Below, one piece after another: positions 31,652 through 42,331 of a DNA stretch of 56,620 nucleotides (positions within the stretch are counted from its first letter, which is position 1; the number at the start of each line of letters is the position of its first letter). A model generated the notes under the pieces. The model ran no database searches. It had not been told where the DNA came from and saw only the letters and a list, made by a program, of their open reading frames with translations. Source of the DNA: Candidatus Moraniibacteriota bacterium. GTDB taxonomy: Bacteria; Patescibacteriota; Minisyncoccia; CAIUEV01; JAHKAQ01. Both the position numbers and the translations under genes were made by a program. The stretch spans positions 1-56,620 of the forward strand of contig WJJI01000028.1 of assembly GCA_014729795.1 (NCBI GenBank). Reading direction: 5' to 3'.

Positions 31652-32422
31652 CTAATGGTGTTCCTCTGTAGCCATCTTAATAAAAACCAAGGTCAAAGTC
31701 GTGAAAATTAGAGCCTGAATGAATCCAACAAACAACTCAAGACCATAAAACGGGATTGGTGTGCCAAAAAGCGGCAAATTTACCCCTGAGACCTTAAAGC
31801 TGGATGTCATTTCGCTAATTATCAAAAGCACTATTCCGCCTCCTAAAATATTACCAAAAAGCCGAAAACTGAAAGTCACGATTCGGGATAATTCACTAAT
31901 AATCTCTATAATTCCGACAAAAAAATCAATGGGCCCTTTTAAATTAATAAATTTACTAAAATAATTAAAAAAACCCAAACTACTAACCCCAAAAAATTGC
32001 ACCAATCCTACCGAAATCAAAGCCCAGCTTAATGTTACGTTTAAATCTGTGTTGATCCCCCGCAGTAAATGAACTTCGTGGCTTTTATGAGCTAACGGGG
32101 CTTGGACATAAATCGGAAACAATTCAATTAAAATTCCAGTCCAATTGCCAATCACAATTATCAAAAAAAAGCTTGTTAACAGTGCGAAATATTTCTTAGT
32201 CTTTTTTTTATCTTGAAATACCGAGTTGTAGTAATTATATAGTCCTTCAAGAATAAGCTCCGCCACATTCTGCATACCGCGCGGCACCGATTGAATATTT
32301 CTGCCAACCAAATAAGCGCCAACAAGAACCATGGCCATCACAACCCAAACCGTGATCATCGTATTTGTAATCGGCAACCCTCCCAATTCAAATACTTTGT
32401 CCGCTGCCAAAGAAATATGCAT
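31652..32422 (-). CDS. atpB: Fo ATP synthase a subunit
   Basis: SFRLFGN with essential Arg, ELFVGFIQALIF. Confidence 0.98.
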   Translation of the reverse strand: MHISLAADKVFELGGLPITNTMITVWVVMAMVLVGAYLVGRNIQSVPRGMQNVAELILEGLYNYYNSVFQDKKKTKKYFALLTSFFLIIVIGNWTGILIELFPIYVQAPLAHKSHEVHLLRGINTDLNVTLSWALISVGLVQFFGVSSLGFFNYFSKFINLKGPIDFFVGIIEIISELSRIVTFSFRLFGNILGGGIVLLIISEMTSSFKVSGVNLPLFGTPIPFYGLELFVGFIQALIFTTLTLVFIKMATEEHH

Positions 32423-32480
32423 AAATGTTTGCTAATCAAAAATAACCACTTGATATTGTGGTAATATTTATCTTGATTAA

Positions 32481-32508
32481 AATATATCAAAAAAATCCGA
32501 AAAAGCAA
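32481..32508 (-). promoter_or_regulatory. Putative atp operon promoter
   Basis: Minus strand TTGCTT-16 nt-TATATT with TG extended -10. Confidence 0.35.
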
Positions 32509-32530
32509 ATCAACAATCTTTTGGGCTATA

Positions 32531-34402
32531 TCAATCAATAGGAACGAATCCCTCTGCGCCCTCATCTGAATCCTGCTCCTTGATCCTCTTCAAATCCTCC
32601 TCCTTTAACTCCATTAATTTATTAAACTTTTCCATTTCTTTTTCGTCAATTTCCTCTGTAGGAAAAACATGATAATGGTCAAGTAAAAATTTGTTTAATT
32701 TGCCGGTTACCAAAGCCGAGGAATCAGCCGCAAATCTCACCGCGTTTACTTTATCTAACTTTACTAAAGTTACAAATTTAGGATCTTGAGCTGGCGCAAA
32801 TCCAATAAAGCTATGGATAGTATCATCGGAATATCCATTTCCATCTTGCGCCGGAATTTGCGCTGTTCCGGTTTTACCGCCAATCAAATAACCCGGTACT
32901 TTGGCCTTTTTTCCCCAACCGTTCTCAACTACTGAAATCAACATACTTCTCATGCTTTTGGAAGACTGTTCGCCGATAACCCTTCTGATTACTTCCGAAT
33001 CAACAACAGCTTCTTTTTCTTTATCTTTATGATTATAAATAACCTTTTCAACAATTTGCGGTTTCATCAACTCTCCGCCATTCACAATCGCAGAAAATGC
33101 GGTTACTAATTGAATGGGCGTCACTGAAATCCCTTGTCCAAAAGCCGCGGTCACAAAATTAACCTCTCGATTATAACCTAAATTTCTAATATCCCCTTTA
33201 ACTTCACCCTCTAGTTCAATTCCGGTCTTTTGGCCAAAACCATAATCTTTCAAATATTGATGAAATTTTGCCTGGCCGGCGGTTTTCATTGCCCAAATCG
33301 CTCCGGTATTTAACGACAATTCTAAAAATTCGGTTAGACTTACCGTGCCGTAAACCTTCTCATCGGAATTTTTAATCGTGTATTCATCTACCTTATAGTA
33401 TCCCTTATCCTGATAAGTTGTATTCGGATTAACCAAGCCCAAATTTAAAGGAATTGAAGCGGTTACTGGTTTAAAAATCGAACCGGGTTCATATTGACTA
33501 CTAACACAATTATTCTGAAAAACTCCAATGTCTTCAACTTTGGAAAATTCATTATTGTTATAGGTTGGATAATTGGCCATGGCAAGTACCTTGCCCGTAT
33601 CTGGCTCCATCACCAAAATACTGCCTGAACTGGCCCCATACTTATTAACCGACTCTTCTAGTAAGCTTTCCACATAGTATTGCGCCGTCTGATCTAGAGT
33701 TAAAACCAAATCTGCCCCGTTTTCCGGCTTTTCTAAAATCCGCTGACTCAAAGATATCCAGCGCCCGGTCCCATCCCTTTCAGCGCGAATATAACCTGAC
33801 TCGCCTTCCAATTCATCATTAAACTCTCCTTCTATCCCATATTGACCAACCCTTTCATTCTCTTTATAACCCACAAAACCAATGGTTTGAGCAGCCAATT
33901 GTCCTTCCGGGTAACTTCGCCAGCTTTCCATAACCAAATCAACTCCGGCCATATTTTTTGATTTAATTATATCCGCTTGCTCTTGAGTTATTTTCCGTTT
34001 AATAATCTCGTAATAATCGTTTTCTTTAGTCACCTTTTTTCTTACTTGCTTTTCATCAAGTTCTAATGCTGTGGCTAAGGTTTTAATCACTCCTTCGGTA
34101 TCGCGAATATTTTTTGGCACCACCACCACCGAGGCTTTATCCTCATTAATAGCTACCGGAATTAAGTTATCCTGACCGTCTCTAATATAAATATTGCCGC
34201 GATTAGCACTCAATTGCTCAAAAAATTCATACTGATCGGCAGCCCTGGCTTCAAATTTATCATGCTCTAAAATCTGTAACTTATAAAGTCTGCCCATCAC
34301 CACCCCTGCTATAACAACTACGATTAAAAACAAAAAACTAACCCGCCAATTGCTCTTAACCGGGTTTTCATTGTTTTGAACTGTTTTTCGTTTTCTAGGC
34401 AT
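32531..34402 (-). CDS. Class B penicillin-binding protein (FtsI/PBP2 family)
   Basis: RGNIY, PGSIFK (SxxK), SLN (SxN), KTGTAQ. Confidence 0.93.
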   Translation of the reverse strand: MPRKRKTVQNNENPVKSNWRVSFLFLIVVVIAGVVMGRLYKLQILEHDKFEARAADQYEFFEQLSANRGNIYIRDGQDNLIPVAINEDKASVVVVPKNIRDTEGVIKTLATALELDEKQVRKKVTKENDYYEIIKRKITQEQADIIKSKNMAGVDLVMESWRSYPEGQLAAQTIGFVGYKENERVGQYGIEGEFNDELEGESGYIRAERDGTGRWISLSQRILEKPENGADLVLTLDQTAQYYVESLLEESVNKYGASSGSILVMEPDTGKVLAMANYPTYNNNEFSKVEDIGVFQNNCVSSQYEPGSIFKPVTASIPLNLGLVNPNTTYQDKGYYKVDEYTIKNSDEKVYGTVSLTEFLELSLNTGAIWAMKTAGQAKFHQYLKDYGFGQKTGIELEGEVKGDIRNLGYNREVNFVTAAFGQGISVTPIQLVTAFSAIVNGGELMKPQIVEKVIYNHKDKEKEAVVDSEVIRRVIGEQSSKSMRSMLISVVENGWGKKAKVPGYLIGGKTGTAQIPAQDGNGYSDDTIHSFIGFAPAQDPKFVTLVKLDKVNAVRFAADSSALVTGKLNKFLLDHYHVFPTEEIDEKEMEKFNKLMELKEEDLKRIKEQDSDEGAEGFVPID

Positions 34403-34446
34403 ATCAACAAAATTTAGAATTTACCAAAAAAATTATATAAAAAAAT

Positions 34447-35616
34447 TTATTCAAATAATCCCATACCCTCAACATCATCCACCTCCTGGGCTAAATATAA
34501 AAGCGCGAAAGCTAATTTTTCCGCGGCTTGTGGATAATAGAACTTCTGAACTTTTTTAATCATATTTTGCTTAAGCATGGGATTGGTCAAAATTTCTCGA
34601 ATATTACGTAAAATAATCTCTCGAGTAAAATTATGCTCCTCTAAAACTACCGCTGCGCCTAATTTACCCACGCTATAAGCATTATAAAGCTGATGTTTAT
34701 TGGCCCCGCTTCCTAACGGCACCAAAATTGAAGGCTTACCCACCGCCGCTATTTCGCTAATTGTAATGGCTCCGGCCCGAGAAATAATAATATCCGCCGC
34801 TTGATAAGCATGAATCAGCTCATCCGACATGAACTCAATCGTATGATAATCGGATCTATTCATTTTTATTCCTTGCCGAGCTAGAATTGAACGCACTTTT
34901 TCTCGCTTTCCCATGCCGGTTTGATGAATTATCTGAAAATGCTTTAATAAAACTTTAGCCAAACGAGCCATACGCTCGTTTATTAGCTCAGCCCCTTGGC
35001 TTCCTCCCATAATCAAAATCACCGGTTTTTGATTGGTTAATTTAAAAATCCGCCGAGCCTTTTCAAAGCTACCGCTACGAATATTGGTTCTTACCGGATT
35101 ACCGGTGAAAAAAACCTTTTTTAAGCTAAAGCTTTCCCTTGCTCCTTCAAAGGAAATTGCCACTTTATCGGCTATTTTGCTCATAATTTGATTAGCCTTA
35201 CCCGCAATCGCGTCTGACTCGTGGATTAAAATCGGAATAAAATATACCCTGGCCGCTATCAAAGCCGGAACGCTACCATAACCACCTTTGGAAAAAACCA
35301 CGTCCGGCATAAATAGTAAAACCTGAAATAAACTCTGCAATAGGCCTAAAGGAAAAAACAATATCTCCAAAAAATTTAACACAGAAAAGTAGCGTCGCCA
35401 TTTTGCCGCAAAAATCGCTTTGGTCTTAATCCCGTTTTTCTCCAATATTTGTTTAGAATATTTATTTACCGGTCCAATAAATAAAAACTTGACTTGTCCT
35501 TGTTTAAGTTGATTGATTTTTCTAGCCGTTGACAAAAGCGGATATAAATGCCCCCCAGTTCCGCCGCCAACTAATAAAACTTTGAGTATTTTCATAACTT
35601 TTTGCTTATTTTTCAA
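34447..35616 (-). CDS. murG: Undecaprenyl-PP-MurNAc-pentapeptide GlcNAc transferase
   Basis: GGGTGGH, GGYGS, HESD, TGNP, GGSQGA, SRAG; true start may be the Met about 8 codons downstream. Confidence 0.96.
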   Translation of the reverse strand: MKNKQKVMKILKVLLVGGGTGGHLYPLLSTARKINQLKQGQVKFLFIGPVNKYSKQILEKNGIKTKAIFAAKWRRYFSVLNFLEILFFPLGLLQSLFQVLLFMPDVVFSKGGYGSVPALIAARVYFIPILIHESDAIAGKANQIMSKIADKVAISFEGARESFSLKKVFFTGNPVRTNIRSGSFEKARRIFKLTNQKPVILIMGGSQGAELINERMARLAKVLLKHFQIIHQTGMGKREKVRSILARQGIKMNRSDYHTIEFMSDELIHAYQAADIIISRAGAITISEIAAVGKPSILVPLGSGANKHQLYNAYSVGKLGAAVVLEEHNFTREIILRNIREILTNPMLKQNMIKKVQKFYYPQAAEKLAFALLYLAQEVDDVEGMGLFE

Positions 35617-36646
35617 AGGCTTGTTTGGCTTTTTGAGCGATTAAAAGCTCCTCGTTGGTTTCAATAGGAAGAATTTTGACCTTGTTTAAAATTTTTAAAT
35701 TCTTCACCGCTCGATTACGCGTTATTGGCATACCCGAACCAACCGATCCGGTAAAAATCACTGCGTCACAACCGTTAAGCACTGCGTAATAAGCGCCTAA
35801 ATATTTTCTGATTCGGTAAATATAAATATCATAAGCTAATTTAATTAAGGGCTTGTCTAAATTTTTTAAAACCTTGAGCATGTCTTTCTGCGCACAAATT
35901 CCAAAAATTCCACTCTCCTGATTCAATAAATTATCGATTTTAGCGGGTTTCCATCCCTTATTCATTAAATCAATTACCAACCCTGGATCAAGATCTCCGC
36001 TACGGGTCATCATGGCCAAGCCCTCCAAAGGAGTAAAGCCCATGCTGGTATCAATAGCCCGCCCGTATCTCGTTGCGGTTATGCTAGCGCCTCCACCTAA
36101 ATGCACCGATATTAATTTTATTTTTTTTAACTCTTTTTTAAGTTCTTTAGCCGCCTGATTACAAACATATTCGTGCGATATTCCATGAAAACCAAAACGC
36201 CGATAGCCGTATTTATCCGCCACCTTTTTATTAATTGCGTATCTCCAAGCAACTTCTGGTAAATCTTGATAAAAGGCCGTGTCAAAAACCGCTACGTTTT
36301 GTGCCTTTGGTAATTGTTTTTGCGTAGCTATAATTCCGGCCAGATTGTGCGGGTTATGAAGCGGCGCAATATTATTCAGTTGCTCTAATTTATCAAGATC
36401 ATTTTTATCAATCACCTCCGGCTTAACAAATTCATTACCTCCATTAACGTAGCGGTGGCCAACAATTTGTATTTGTTTAACTAAACCGCCTATTTCTTCT
36501 ACCGCTTTTTTTAAAGCTTGAGTATGGTCTTTAATTTGACTAAAACCAATCTTGCTTACCCCTCCTTTTTTTATCATTTCAAAACTCCGATTGAACAATT
36601 TATATTTCAAAGTCTGGCTGCCACAATTGATTGCTAAAATATACAT
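35606..36646 (-). CDS. ackA: Acetate kinase
   Basis: NCGS..KY, APLHNP, FDTAF, GFHGISH, TSMGFTPLEG, TNEE. Confidence 0.96.
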   Translation of the reverse strand: MYILAINCGSQTLKYKLFNRSFEMIKKGGVSKIGFSQIKDHTQALKKAVEEIGGLVKQIQIVGHRYVNGGNEFVKPEVIDKNDLDKLEQLNNIAPLHNPHNLAGIIATQKQLPKAQNVAVFDTAFYQDLPEVAWRYAINKKVADKYGYRRFGFHGISHEYVCNQAAKELKKELKKIKLISVHLGGGASITATRYGRAIDTSMGFTPLEGLAMMTRSGDLDPGLVIDLMNKGWKPAKIDNLLNQESGIFGICAQKDMLKVLKNLDKPLIKLAYDIYIYRIRKYLGAYYAVLNGCDAVIFTGSVGSGMPITRNRAVKNLKILNKVKILPIETNEELLIAQKAKQAFEK

Positions 36647-36788
36647 TTTTTATTTTAAAAATTAACTCATAAATTTTAAACCAATAATGGATTATCGACT
36701 CCTATGTTGATTTTTATCCTATTTTGTGTTATTAATTAATTCATAATTTTCTTTTAAGAATCCTTATAATAATATCTTAATCAATTTC

Positions 36789-37055
36789 ATGCCAAATACC
36801 AAGTCAGCCAAGAAATTCGTCAAAACCAGTGCCAAAAAAAGAAAAACCAACCAGCGGGCTAAAAATCAAGTCAAACAATTAATCAAACAAACCAAAAATT
36901 ACCTTGCTCAAAACAAACCTGAGCAAGCCGGAAAAAGCTATCAAAAAGCTCAAAAAGCTATTGACAAAGCCTGTCAAAATAAAGTCATCAAGAAAAACAC
37001 CGCGGCTCGTAAAAAAAGTCGTCTGGTAAAAGCTTTAACTAAAAGCCGCCAATAA
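36789..37055 (+). CDS. rpsT: 30S ribosomal protein S20
   Basis: PNTKSAKK, IDKA...KNTAARKKSRL. Confidence 0.97.
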   Translation: MPNTKSAKKFVKTSAKKRKTNQRAKNQVKQLIKQTKNYLAQNKPEQAGKSYQKAQKAIDKACQNKVIKKNTAARKKSRLVKALTKSRQ

Positions 37056-37982
37056 ATAAAGGGCGTTTTCCGGATTAGACTGCCCGGTCTTTATTGAGTA
37101 ATCAATCTGACTAATTTTCACCATTATTCTCTTTAAGCTTTCTAGGGTGTAACGATTCGCGTAGCTTAAGTTTTTAGCTACCACAAAACGATTCAATTTG
37201 GTTTGCTTAACAATACTATCAATAGAGTTAGCCGCTGCGCCTTGAGCGCTTTTTATTTTTGTCAAAGTTCGATAACCATAAGCAATCATACTGAGTAAAT
37301 AATAATGGTTTTCCCCGGTTTCCAAGTGATTACCTAATAATTTCAAAGCTGCTTTTCTGTCTCCTCTACCCAAAGCCTCGATTGTTTTAAAAATATCATT
37401 GATTATTTGAGCGTCGGTAATCTGTTCTAGGTCTTGTATTTGAATCCGCTTGCCTTGCTTGTAGTTTTTAAGCTTATCCAAAGCATTCATAATCATAAAT
37501 GGATCCTGAAAATAATCCTGAACTAAACGCTGAAGCACATCCCTGGAAACCAAAATATTTTTTTCTTTGGCTAAACCGCCAATATAATTTATTAAATTAG
37601 CTCCATCAAGTCTTGTAAAATCTTGCTTATAACTAGCGTTTCTTTGTAAATATTTATAAAATTGGGTACGCTTATCTATTTTGGGTTCAAAAAAATATAA
37701 AACATTATCTTGATCTTTGTATAAATTGTTATTTTTTAACAAGTTAAGCAATTTTTCTTGTTGTTCTTTATTGGTTTGGCCTGCAAAATCAGACATAAAA
37801 ACATTGCTTTGCTTGCTAAACAATCCGCCTCCTCCTAATAAATCCGCTAATTTATCAAGCTTAAAATCTGTAAAGTCGCTTAACTCCACCAAAACCTGTT
37901 TTTTTTCCTGAAGCTTTAATCTAATTTGTTTTTTTCTATTCAGTATTTGGTGTTCGCCAACCCCATAGTATAAATATAGCAT
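37035..37982 (-). CDS. holA: DNA polymerase III delta subunit
   Basis: LYLYYG, GLF, DKR, IFK.IEAL, D..IKTG; typical neighbour of rpsT. Confidence 0.9.
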   Translation of the reverse strand: MLYLYYGVGEHQILNRKKQIRLKLQEKKQVLVELSDFTDFKLDKLADLLGGGGLFSKQSNVFMSDFAGQTNKEQQEKLLNLLKNNNLYKDQDNVLYFFEPKIDKRTQFYKYLQRNASYKQDFTRLDGANLINYIGGLAKEKNILVSRDVLQRLVQDYFQDPFMIMNALDKLKNYKQGKRIQIQDLEQITDAQIINDIFKTIEALGRGDRKAALKLLGNHLETGENHYYLLSMIAYGYRTLTKIKSAQGAAANSIDSIVKQTKLNRFVVAKNLSYANRYTLESLKRIMVKISQIDYSIKTGQSNPENALYLLAAFS

Positions 37983-37999
37983 TTTATTTCAATGTTTAC

Positions 38000-38113
38000 T
38001 ATGACTTACATGTTAAGGAGATTTTGCAAAAAATACCGGAATTTTTAAAGCGCATATTAAGCACACGTGAAAACCGCGGAGTTTTCTCTGAAAATTTACC
38101 AAGCGCGTAAATA
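38000..38113 (-). repeat. Inverted-repeat family, full-length diverged copy
   Basis: Co-linear with the 6664 copy throughout: TATGACTTAC...TACC..GAATTTT...CACGT...AAAACC...CTCT.AAAATTTACCAA.CGCGTAA. Confidence 0.88.
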
Positions 38114-38172
38114 CTTGAAATTTACCCTAAAAAAAATTTATGTTTCGAGCTCTAATTGAAAATTTCCGATTC

Positions 38173-39363
38173 CTAGATTGTTACCGGCTCCCATTTTAAT
38201 TTCTGGCCCGGCTCTAATACTTCAACCCAAATTTGTCCGGGAATAAGTTTAATTTCCTCTCCGTTTTCATTCAAGAATTTCAATTTAGCGGAATTCAAGC
38301 ATACTAATTCATTACCAATTACACAGTTACCTTTTTTCTTCTCCCATTTGCCTTTTATTTCCTTGCCCTCAATGTAAGCGTATAAATCTCCCTCTCCCTC
38401 CACGTCAACGTCATTATATTGACCTTCAATCTGTCTACTGTTGGCAAACATTACTATTACATTTTTCGGCGCTACTTGTTCTTTGGTGTTGGCGTCCGTA
38501 TCAATTCGTCCGCCCCATTTTCTTAAATAACTGTTGGTTTTAGGATCATAAGTATACTGTACTCGAAACTGAGAAGCAAAACCAACTGTTAAGGTACCGC
38601 CTTTGCCTCGTTCATTCATTGGGCTTTCTTCTCTATGAGGATAGCCTTCAAAATGATTCTCGGTTCGATAACCTAAAGATTTGGCTGATGATAAAAGACC
38701 CTCATATGAAGTAAAGCCATTATCCGGCGCCGGTATTCCCGGTTTTCGGTAAAAGGCTCCACCTTTGTTAGCCAAAGCATCTAAATCCGGAACCGTATTC
38801 TTGTTTTTTAACATTTCTAAAGCAAAATGAGAACCACCCCAATGCGCATAAATAGCGTCCAAACCCTTGGCAAGGGTTAAATAATCATGCCTGGCGCTCC
38901 TAATTGAACCAATTTCTTCTGGAGAATTACAAACATAAATCGCCATTAATCTGGTTACGCTTGCGGTAATCACCGGCATTTCAATCACCATATCTGCGGT
39001 TGAATTACCAGAAAGCGGTCGCACGCTTTTATCAGCGGCCAACATAACCGCGATGGGACGACGATCTTTATTGGCTGGCTCTTCACATTTCAAGCCTGAA
39101 ATTGGACTCACCTCATCCGGATTCAAAGGTTGTTGTTTTTTATTAAAATCAGGAAATTCTGAACTATATTCAAATTCTTGTTCTTCAGCTCCTGATTGTT
39201 CATTCTCCGTTGCTGGCTTATTATTGTTGCCGCTAAATACTTTTGAAAGCGCGATTAAACCCACAATTCCAATCACTACCATACCAATTGTGATTTGCAG
39301 ACCTCTGTCATTTTTAACTTTTTCCCATATTTTTTTCATAGGATTTTCCGAAATTTTTTTCAT
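38173..39363 (-). CDS. DUF3048 (YerB-like) membrane-anchored protein
   Basis: RPIAVM, TRLMA, GSIRSAR, HWGGS, PGQIWV. Confidence 0.88.
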   Translation of the reverse strand: MKKISENPMKKIWEKVKNDRGLQITIGMVVIGIVGLIALSKVFSGNNNKPATENEQSGAEEQEFEYSSEFPDFNKKQQPLNPDEVSPISGLKCEEPANKDRRPIAVMLAADKSVRPLSGNSTADMVIEMPVITASVTRLMAIYVCNSPEEIGSIRSARHDYLTLAKGLDAIYAHWGGSHFALEMLKNKNTVPDLDALANKGGAFYRKPGIPAPDNGFTSYEGLLSSAKSLGYRTENHFEGYPHREESPMNERGKGGTLTVGFASQFRVQYTYDPKTNSYLRKWGGRIDTDANTKEQVAPKNVIVMFANSRQIEGQYNDVDVEGEGDLYAYIEGKEIKGKWEKKKGNCVIGNELVCLNSAKLKFLNENGEEIKLIPGQIWVEVLEPGQKLKWEPVTI

Positions 39364-39433
39364 AATATAATTTAAATATTAATAATTAATGCGAATTAAA
39401 AAATGTTAATATTTTCAATTAAGTGTTTGTAAT

Positions 39434-39697
39434 TTACTTCATTTCAATCGCTTTAACCGGGCAAATGTCTGAACACAATCCACAACCTTTGCAATAATCA
39501 TAATCGATTTTAATCTGATCATCTGCCGGCTTCATTGCATCCTCCGGACAATTACGAGTACATGTCTGACATTTTACACATTTTTGCTGATCTATCAAAG
39601 GTTTTTCCATCCGCCAGTTTCCGGTTTTGTTGGTTTTTGAATTGCCTGGCTGCACAATATAGCCTCCAATTGGAATATCTTTCCAGCTTTTTAACAT
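39434..39697 (-). CDS. porD: Pyruvate/2-oxoacid:ferredoxin oxidoreductase delta subunit
   Basis: KTGNWR..KP, two 4Fe-4S motifs, DYDYCKGCGLC. Confidence 0.93.
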   Translation of the reverse strand: MLKSWKDIPIGGYIVQPGNSKTNKTGNWRMEKPLIDQQKCVKCQTCTRNCPEDAMKPADDQIKIDYDYCKGCGLCSDICPVKAIEMK

Positions 39698-39725
39698 TAT
39701 ATAATTTGATTAATATGTTAAGAAC

Positions 39726-40286
39726 TTACAAACTATCATAACCTCGATCAATAACATTCATGGTTTTAGCCATGATTTCCGGACCTAATTTTTCTTCAAA
39801 TTTATTCTTGTAAACCTTTTTAAAATCTTCAAGCGAGATCATTTCTGTTATTTTAATTAACTTCCCAAATATGGCCGCTGAAAAATGAACTCCCTTCTCC
39901 CCCTCAATAAACTCTAAGGCATCTATCAAATAAAGCTTGCCATCGTAATTTATCCTTCGCAAAATCACTTCAACAATGTCCTCTTCTTCTTTGTTGGTAT
40001 TCACTATTAAAATCGGATTGTCTCTTAAGGTCTCTATAACTTCTCGATTTTCTAATAAGCTATCGTCTAGCATTATTACTAAATCAGGCTTACTGACGGG
40101 CTCTTTGGTTAAAATTTGATTATTACTCATTCTTACATAAGCTCGAACCGGCGCCCCGGTACGTTCTGGACCATATTCGGGAAAAGCCTGAGCGAATTTA
40201 CCTGATTCTATGATAGCTTCGGCTAATAACATCGCCATAGTTTTGGCTCCTTGTCCGCCTCTACCGTGAATAATTACTTTGTACAT
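39726..40286 (-). CDS. porC: Pyruvate/2-oxoacid:ferredoxin oxidoreductase gamma subunit
   Basis: HGRGGQG, FPEYGPERTGAP. Confidence 0.93.
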   Translation of the reverse strand: MYKVIIHGRGGQGAKTMAMLLAEAIIESGKFAQAFPEYGPERTGAPVRAYVRMSNNQILTKEPVSKPDLVIMLDDSLLENREVIETLRDNPILIVNTNKEEEDIVEVILRRINYDGKLYLIDALEFIEGEKGVHFSAAIFGKLIKITEMISLEDFKKVYKNKFEEKLGPEIMAKTMNVIDRGYDSL

Positions 40287-41344
40287 CTATAAGTTTCAAT
40301 TTTTTTTATTAAAAATTTTTTAGCTTCACTACAAGTTATTTTTTTCTTAACTTTGCCTTTTTCAAAATACATCAATTCCTTATTTTTTGAATCCATCCCG
40401 CTTACTCCAAAGTCAGCTTGCTTTGCCTCGCCCGGTCCGTTTACCAAACAACCCATGACTGCTACTTTTATTTGCTTTTTCATATTTTTGGTTGAACGTT
40501 CTAATTCCTTAGCTAATTGTTCAACATCAATGCAAGTTCGCGCGCAAGTCGGACAACTGATTATCTCAACTCCGGCTTTTCTTAAACCTAAAAAACTTAG
40601 CATTTTACGCCCCGCTTCAATTTCTTTTTTTGGATCTTGGCTTAAAGATACTCTTATAGTATCGCCAATTCCTTGATAAAGCAAGACCCCAAAAGCCAAA
40701 GCCGATTTAATCAATCCAGAAGAACCAAAGCCAGCTTCGGTCACCCCTAAATGCAAGGGATAATCAACAAACTTACTAATTTGTTCATTGGCTTTCACTG
40801 TTTCAATAACATCGCTGTGCTTAACTGAAATTACTAAATTGCTAAATCCCCGCTGCTGAAAAAAATCAATTTGTCTCTTAGCGGAAGCAACCAAAGCTCG
40901 CGCTTTTGGCTTTTTAAATTTTTTTAAAATATCTGTTTCAATGGAACCGGAATTAACCCCAATTCTTATGGGAATATTACTATGCTTAGCCGCCGCGATT
41001 ATTTCGAGCAAGCCTTTTGGTTTAATATTGCCGGGATTAATCCGAATTTTATCCGCTTGATTGCGACAAGCCATAACCGCTAACTTATAATCAAAATGGA
41101 TATCAGCAATAATCGGTATGTTTATCTTAGGTTTAATCCTGCTAATCGCCATGGCCGAGGCTTTATCCGGAATAGCTACTCGAACCAACTCGCAACCCGC
41201 TTTTTCCAGATTTTTAATTTGTTTAACCGTGGCTCTTACATCGCTTGTTAATGTGTTAGTCATGGACTGAATCCGAATCGGCTCCTTACCTCCTATTGCT
41301 ATTTGCCCGATTTTAACCTTTTTGGTTTTTCTTCTTAATAACAT
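40274..41344 (-). CDS. ispG: (E)-4-hydroxy-3-methylbut-2-enyl-diphosphate synthase
   Basis: QSMTNT, ADIHF, RINPGN, PLHLGVTEAG, SCPTCAR, GCLVNGPGE. Confidence 0.98.
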   Translation of the reverse strand: MLLRRKTKKVKIGQIAIGGKEPIRIQSMTNTLTSDVRATVKQIKNLEKAGCELVRVAIPDKASAMAISRIKPKINIPIIADIHFDYKLAVMACRNQADKIRINPGNIKPKGLLEIIAAAKHSNIPIRIGVNSGSIETDILKKFKKPKARALVASAKRQIDFFQQRGFSNLVISVKHSDVIETVKANEQISKFVDYPLHLGVTEAGFGSSGLIKSALAFGVLLYQGIGDTIRVSLSQDPKKEIEAGRKMLSFLGLRKAGVEIISCPTCARTCIDVEQLAKELERSTKNMKKQIKVAVMGCLVNGPGEAKQADFGVSGMDSKNKELMYFEKGKVKKKITCSEAKKFLIKKIETYRCTK

Positions 41345-42266
41345 TTTTTATAGTTTGAGCGATTAACCCGGCGCAAGAAATTATTCTAAATTTCGCTATC
41401 CGCTTTTTTTCCGGAATTGGATAAGAGTTGCTTAACCAAATTTTATCAATTCGACTTCTCTGAATTTTTTCCCAAGCTCGATTAACCAACACCCCATGAG
41501 CGATACAAATTAAATAATACCTTACCCCCAAGTTTTTAATGATTTCACATGATTTAATTAAGCTGAAACCGGTTGAAACAAAATCGTCAAAAGAAATCAC
41601 TTTCTTGCCGTCTAAATCATCAGTAAAATCCGCGAAAGTAACCTTGCCAGTATTTAGATCCCGATCTTTCTTTAACTTTATTAATTGCAATCCTAATTTT
41701 TCCGCTAAAGTTTTAGATCTTTCCAGCGCTCCCTTGTCAATACAAAGCACACTCCATTCCCGCCTTTGTTTTTTTATCTTTTGAGCCAATAAATCGACAA
41801 AAATATCAACCGCGTTTAAAACTTTAACCTCTAGGCCAATTTCTTGAAAATATTTTTGGTTAAGCGGTGAATGAGTCTCTAGTAAAATTACCTCTTGAAC
41901 CCCGGCGGATTTAATAAGTTTTGCCACCAATCGAGCCGATAAAGGCTCCCCCGGACGAAAAATCTTATCCTGAGCCGAATAGCCAAGCCAAGGAATTACC
42001 GCCACAATTCTTTTTGCTCCACTGTTTCTACAAGCATCCACTAAAAGCAACAATTCCATCAACATTTCATCAACCGGTTCAACCAAAGACTGTAACACAA
42101 AAACCAAATCATCGCTTAAGTCTTCCTTGATTCGAATTCGTTTTTCGCCATTGGGAAATTTATCAATATCTACTTTTGTTAGTTCAATTTCCATCTGTTT
42201 TTCCAATTCTTGAGCCAATATTTTATTGGAATTACCGGCGATTATCTTGGTTTTTTTATAAAGCAC
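41313..42266 (-). CDS. prs: Ribose-phosphate pyrophosphokinase
   Basis: FPNGE, PWLGYSAQD, GEPLSA, DDFVSTG, HG. Confidence 0.92.
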   Translation of the reverse strand: MLYKKTKIIAGNSNKILAQELEKQMEIELTKVDIDKFPNGEKRIRIKEDLSDDLVFVLQSLVEPVDEMLMELLLLVDACRNSGAKRIVAVIPWLGYSAQDKIFRPGEPLSARLVAKLIKSAGVQEVILLETHSPLNQKYFQEIGLEVKVLNAVDIFVDLLAQKIKKQRREWSVLCIDKGALERSKTLAEKLGLQLIKLKKDRDLNTGKVTFADFTDDLDGKKVISFDDFVSTGFSLIKSCEIIKNLGVRYYLICIAHGVLVNRAWEKIQRSRIDKIWLSNSYPIPEKKRIAKFRIISCAGLIAQTIKNVIKKKNQKG

Positions 42267-42331
42267 GGTTTTATTTAGCTATAAATTATAAATTTCTGCT
42301 ACCGCCTCAAAATATTTAAATTACCCGGGTA

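Noticed and set aside
37035-37055. 21-bp convergent overlap of rpsT and holA
   Set aside because: Common arrangement in compact genomes.
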